A DNA stretch of 64,000 nt from an uncultured bacterium (GTDB lineage Bacteria; Babelota; Babeliae; Babelales; Babelaceae). Position 1 is the stretch's first letter. The number at the start of each line of letters is the position of its first letter. The notes beneath the pieces were generated by a model. It was not told the origin of the DNA. It worked only from the letters and a program-made list of their open reading frames with translations, and made no database searches. Location: NCBI GenBank assembly GCA_963819815.1, contig CAWFXL010000001.1, positions 1,280,001 to 1,344,000 of the forward strand, given 5' to 3'. Positions 60,365 to 64,000 of the stretch are shown one piece after another. The translations under genes were made by a program, and so were the position numbers.

Positions 60365-61120
60365 CTATGTCTTCTTATTTTCTTTTTCATATGTTCTAAG
60401 GAGCTCAATCATGGACGGTGTCTTTTGGGGATTTTTATCATGATATTTGGCAGTTCCTTCGGCGAGAACTTTTACTCTACTCCCTTTTGAAAGGTTTTCA
60501 AATTTCTCTCCAAAGGATTGTGATTTTTCAAGAAATGATAAGGCAGTATCTCCGTTGATATCCTTTATTGACGAATCAGCCCCCTTTTTAAGTAAAAATT
60601 CGATCATTTCACTATCTCCCTCTCGCGCAGCATGGATTAAGGCGGTTGCTCCCTGCTTATCCCGATAATTTATATCAGCACCCTGTGCTAAAAGAAGTGT
60701 TACCACTTTAAGGTGGTTTGTTGCTGGTGTAGAAAGTACATGAACATCTGAAGGAAGCCCGAGAACATCAACATAGGGTACCGTATGGCCTTTAACGGCT
60801 AGCATTAAAGGAGTCAAGCCTTTATCAGTTGTTTGGTTTGCTTGAGCTTTACTTTTAAGGAGGAATTCTACCATTTTAAAGTTGCCACGATGGGCTGTAT
60901 CCAACAATGCAGACATATTATCCATTTTAGGATCCCTATAGTCAACAGGGACACCCGCTTTTAGTAGTTTTTTTACCGCTTCAACATCATTTGCTGCTGC
61001 CTTTAACACAATGTCTGGTTTTTTGATGTTAGCTTTTAATAGGAGAGTTTGGATGTCACCAAACAGAGTTCCCCCTGTCATGCCAACTAATCCGGTGCAT
61101 AGTATATAAAATTTGTTCAT
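60365..61120 (-). CDS. Ankyrin repeat protein with signal peptide
   Basis: GLTPLMLA, GATALIHAAREG, LLKKGAD. Confidence 0.9.
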   Translation of the reverse strand: MNKFYILCTGLVGMTGGTLFGDIQTLLLKANIKKPDIVLKAAANDVEAVKKLLKAGVPVDYRDPKMDNMSALLDTAHRGNFKMVEFLLKSKAQANQTTDKGLTPLMLAVKGHTVPYVDVLGLPSDVHVLSTPATNHLKVVTLLLAQGADINYRDKQGATALIHAAREGDSEMIEFLLKKGADSSIKDINGDTALSFLEKSQSFGEKFENLSKGSRVKVLAEGTAKYHDKNPQKTPSMIELLRTYEKENKKT

Positions 61121-61212
61121 TTCTGATCCTTTTCTATTTTCACTTTAGTTCTAAGCCCTATCGTCAACGGTGTAAAATTTATTTAATAATTAGACGACAG
61201 ATTAATCTCCTT

Positions 61213-61509
61213 TTATGAACGATTAGTGAGCTTTTCAACCCAATTGGTTACGGTAGCGATGAGCTTTGATTTGTATATTCCCCAGGCTGTCAAAGCAAGC
61301 CCAACAAATCCTATTGCAAGCTTAAAAAAGTCAAAATAGCCTAAGCTAAACAGAAAGAGAAAAGCTCCTGCGGTTAAGGCGAGATACCCCTGGAGTATTG
61401 GACTCCAACCTTCAGCTAGTTTTTGAGCTTTTTTCACAAAATTGGCATCAGGTGCTATCCCATTTGAGGTATGGGGTGTTTCTTCGGTATGTTTTCTATT
61501 AATAGGCAT
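61213..61509 (-). CDS. Hypothetical two-TM protein
   Basis: AAGGAG RBS; two hydrophobic helices. Confidence 0.7.
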   Translation of the reverse strand: MPINRKHTEETPHTSNGIAPDANFVKKAQKLAEGWSPILQGYLALTAGAFLFLFSLGYFDFFKLAIGFVGLALTAWGIYKSKLIATVTNWVEKLTNRS

Positions 61510-61967
61510 TGTATTCTCCTTTATAAGATTGTTACTCTTCTTTGTATGTATTAAGTATAGAAAAAAAGCACCAATAATTGCAATAATATTAATATATTTT
61601 TTTGAAAAAGATTACTCATCGTCTGTTTATTTGTTTCTGTGATAACCACGAAATCCACTAATGATGGGGCTTCGTGGTACTTGTATAGGTTCTTCGCCCA
61701 TTTGGGCGGTTAAGCTTCAGGTTTTAAAAAAGATGGCTCTTTTTGTTGATTATTTAGATACTTTGCACTAATTCAGCCTGAGATTCAAGAAGTTGCCACC
61801 AAGGATTCTCAAAGCAGAGTGATTTCGTAGCAGCTTAGGTCGATTCCATTTTACCTTATGGGGGAGCTTCCTCGGTTGCTTGATGAACCAATATAATTCG
61901 AAAGTGCTATTAGTAGCACCAAATCACCAGTTTTGTTTGGCGTGAGATGCTTTTTTTCTTCAAAGTC

Positions 61968-62534
61968 TTACGATTGGCTGTAGCCTTGAATAACCCAAGG
62001 CCGATCAAAATCAAGATGAGGGTCTTGAATAGGTTTATGATTTACAAGCAATTGCACTTTCTTGAGTTGGATATCAGATTCTCTCAGGGTTTTTAGAAGA
62101 CCTTCAATAATCATGAGCTGTTCATAGGTACTGTGCTCTTTTTTAAGAGGACTGCGATTAAATGATATATAGGCAGTTGTATTATGCATATCAAGAAGGA
62201 CCGACTGTACCGTGACGTTCTTAGTAAGAAGGTGCTCTTCCTCTAAGACTGAAAGCCATCGTGAGACAATCTCTGCTAAGGTGTCTTGTAGATTTCCTGA
62301 GTAAATAACCTCTCTATCTTCTTTTTCAAAGCGCGCTCCATCCCAGTACCAGATTCCAATCTGTTTGTGATGAGCAGCACGATGCTGAAGTCCTTGAGAA
62401 GAGGTTTTGTGTTTGGGTATCTGTATAATGATTAACTTATTATAGAACCCATAAAACAGCATACCGATGCCAAGCATAGCAAAGCTCAGAATGAGAAACT
62501 TTAGAAGTAGCTGGTTATTAGTTTGAATATTCAT
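61968..62534 (-). CDS. GerMN-domain-like membrane-anchored protein
   Basis: AYISFN..EQLMIEGLLKTL..KVQLLVN..HLD; coupled to the amidase gene. Confidence 0.7.
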   Translation of the reverse strand: MNIQTNNQLLLKFLILSFAMLGIGMLFYGFYNKLIIIQIPKHKTSSQGLQHRAAHHKQIGIWYWDGARFEKEDREVIYSGNLQDTLAEIVSRWLSVLEEEHLLTKNVTVQSVLLDMHNTTAYISFNRSPLKKEHSTYEQLMIIEGLLKTLRESDIQLKKVQLLVNHKPIQDPHLDFDRPWVIQGYSQS

Positions 62535-63229
62535 GATGTGGCGATTGCTTTGATTGCTTGAGCTATGAGTGGAACGAGAAGTTTACCTTGATTTTTGTGC
62601 TGTATGCCGATCTCGATGCCCAGTGCTGGTGCCATGATACCCACGAGTGGTTTATAAGGAATTGCCATCGGGGATATGCATTGTATATGATATGTTTTTG
62701 AGGATTCACTGCAGTGCGCATAGGCTAGAGCACCATATTGTTTCGTTTGTGCAAGTGAAAGCTTATACGCTTGGTCATAGGGAAGAAGTTCAAGGCCAGG
62801 ACCTTTCTTTACCGCAAAATCGGTTGCAGGATCATAGAGGAGGGTATACCAGTAAAGGCTAGGAGTCTCTGTAGTCTGTTGAAAAAAGTTAAGACTTATA
62901 TAGAGGTTGACCCCCAGGCGATTTGCAAAAGTGATATTTTGAAAGGGCTCAACCGCTTCTCCAGCAAACCGCGTGAGTATAACCCGACATCTGTGAGGTT
63001 CGGTTTCTAAGAGCTGCTTCAGCTCTTCAGCGCATTGCATGGTAAGTGACCGTTCATAGGTGTCATCAATCACTCTTCCTGGATTGCGGGTATCTCCTGC
63101 AGGATCGATCATGACAGTAAAAGGGGGCTTTTCAGGCACTAAGTGAGGACGAAGTGTCTCTGAAAAGAACGACCAGGGGAGCACCTCAAGGAAGATTGTG
63201 CAAGCTATGAGGAGGAAGGATTTTGTCAT
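62531..63229 (-). CDS. Amidase_3 (N-acetylmuramoyl-L-Ala amidase)-like protein with degenerate active site
   Basis: VMIDPAG, ER, ILTR, FAN, PALGIEIG. Confidence 0.75.
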   Translation of the reverse strand: MTKSFLLIACTIFLEVLPWSFFSETLRPHLVPEKPPFTVMIDPAGDTRNPGRVIDDTYERSLTMQCAEELKQLLETEPHRCRVILTRFAGEAVEPFQNITFANRLGVNLYISLNFFQQTTETPSLYWYTLLYDPATDFAVKKGPGLELLPYDQAYKLSLAQTKQYGALAYAHCSESSKTYHIQCISPMAIPYKPLVGIMAPALGIEIGIQHKNQGKLLVPLIAQAIKAIATS

Positions 63230-63378
63230 GATTTCTAAGTATGATGATTCCAATAGTACCAATATTAGCATACGTTTCGTACGTTGAAAGGTCAAGAAGC
63301 AAAGAATCTTTGAAGCTTTTCAGATTGCCCAAGAGGGTATGAGTGAGTACACTAGGAGTACTACACCAAAGGAGCTCG

Positions 63379-64000
63379 ATGAATAGAATTCGATTATTTC
63401 TTGTATCATGTCTTATGTTTATGGGGTCTCACACGTATTCGATGTATAAGGATCCCGAATTCCCGGTTGTTGTTGAGAATACTCTGACAAGAAAGATTCT
63501 AGTATCTTGGGTACTACCTTCAGGAAAGAAATACACGAAAGTTATTGTTCCGACTAAGAAAGGTGAGATAACGACCTTCGAGCGATTGGGTGTCGATGCT
63601 CAAGTACGTTTTGAAGTGTATGGTACCTTCCTGGGCTGGACGGCAACTCCCATCGAGGTAGATAAGGCTGAACTCTTAAAGCAGGCCTATAAAGCTGGCA
63701 TAGGAGATGATGAGGCATTGTGCATAACCGTTTCTCAGTCGACGCTGTTTTTGAGGGTTGTCTTTTCAAATATCCCCTGGAAAAAAAATGGGCTCGAACC
63801 AAACTCGCTACTTAAGTATTTTCCCGTTTTTGATTCCTACCCTGAATTGAGAAAAATTCTCTCAGAAGAAAAGATACTTGGCTTTGTCTCGTATAAGGCT
63901 TGTCTGTATTCTCAAGATGATGGAACACTCATGGCGACGGCAGAAGATATCTATAGATACATACTTTCAGTTGAACATGACTATGATCAAACTGCACTAA
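63379..64000 (+). CDS. Third member of the secreted J-like family, 3'-truncated by window
   Basis: AAGGAG RBS; frame open to the window end; MNRIRLFLVSC..TAEDIYRYILSVEHDYDQ. Confidence 0.75.
   Translation, partial: MNRIRLFLVSCLMFMGSHTYSMYKDPEFPVVVENTLTRKILVSWVLPSGKKYTKVIVPTKKGEITTFERLGVDAQVRFEVYGTFLGWTATPIEVDKAELLKQAYKAGIGDDEALCITVSQSTLFLRVVFSNIPWKKNGLEPNSLLKYFPVFDSYPELRKILSEEKILGFVSYKACLYSQDDGTLMATAEDIYRYILSVEHDYDQTAL

Noticed and set aside
61640..61960. Long intergenic region with one hairpin as a tRNA or ncRNA
   Set aside because: No cloverleaf or recognisable RNA family; no supported ORF.
13..63802. Many short ORF-track entries antisense to or overlapping recognised genes (e.g. 2453-2776, 5608-6018, 24784-25281, 59085-59477, 63554-63802)
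   Set aside because: Shadow ORFs of well-supported genes with no motifs.

Overview
64 kb of a bacterial chromosome at roughly 40% GC by eye. Housekeeping genes (glyA, efp-nusB, ndk, rpsA, tal, leuS, uvrB, ldh, recO, two DEAD-box helicases) are interleaved with many signal-peptide proteins carrying eukaryote-like domains (ankyrin, WD40, MYND, LRR, Sel1/TPR, J-like, F-box-like). This suggests an intracellular protist-associated bacterium, most like Ca. Dependentiae/Babelota (inference). Best novel-system candidate: a three-gene operon at 29972-34143 encoding a Panacea(SocA/DUF4065)-TPR fusion, a catalytically dead metallo-beta-lactamase (MBL) paralog, and an intact ComEC-like MBL hydrolase with C-terminal LRRs. 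Other highlights are three secreted J-domain-like proteins (HPD absent in all fully visible J domains), a Josephin-like protease candidate, a five-copy tandem paralog array with relic fragments, two likely leader-peptide attenuators, and an orphan group II intron domain V. No rRNA, tRNA, CRISPR array or intact transposase was recognised. All calls are by-eye motif recognition, with no database searches.
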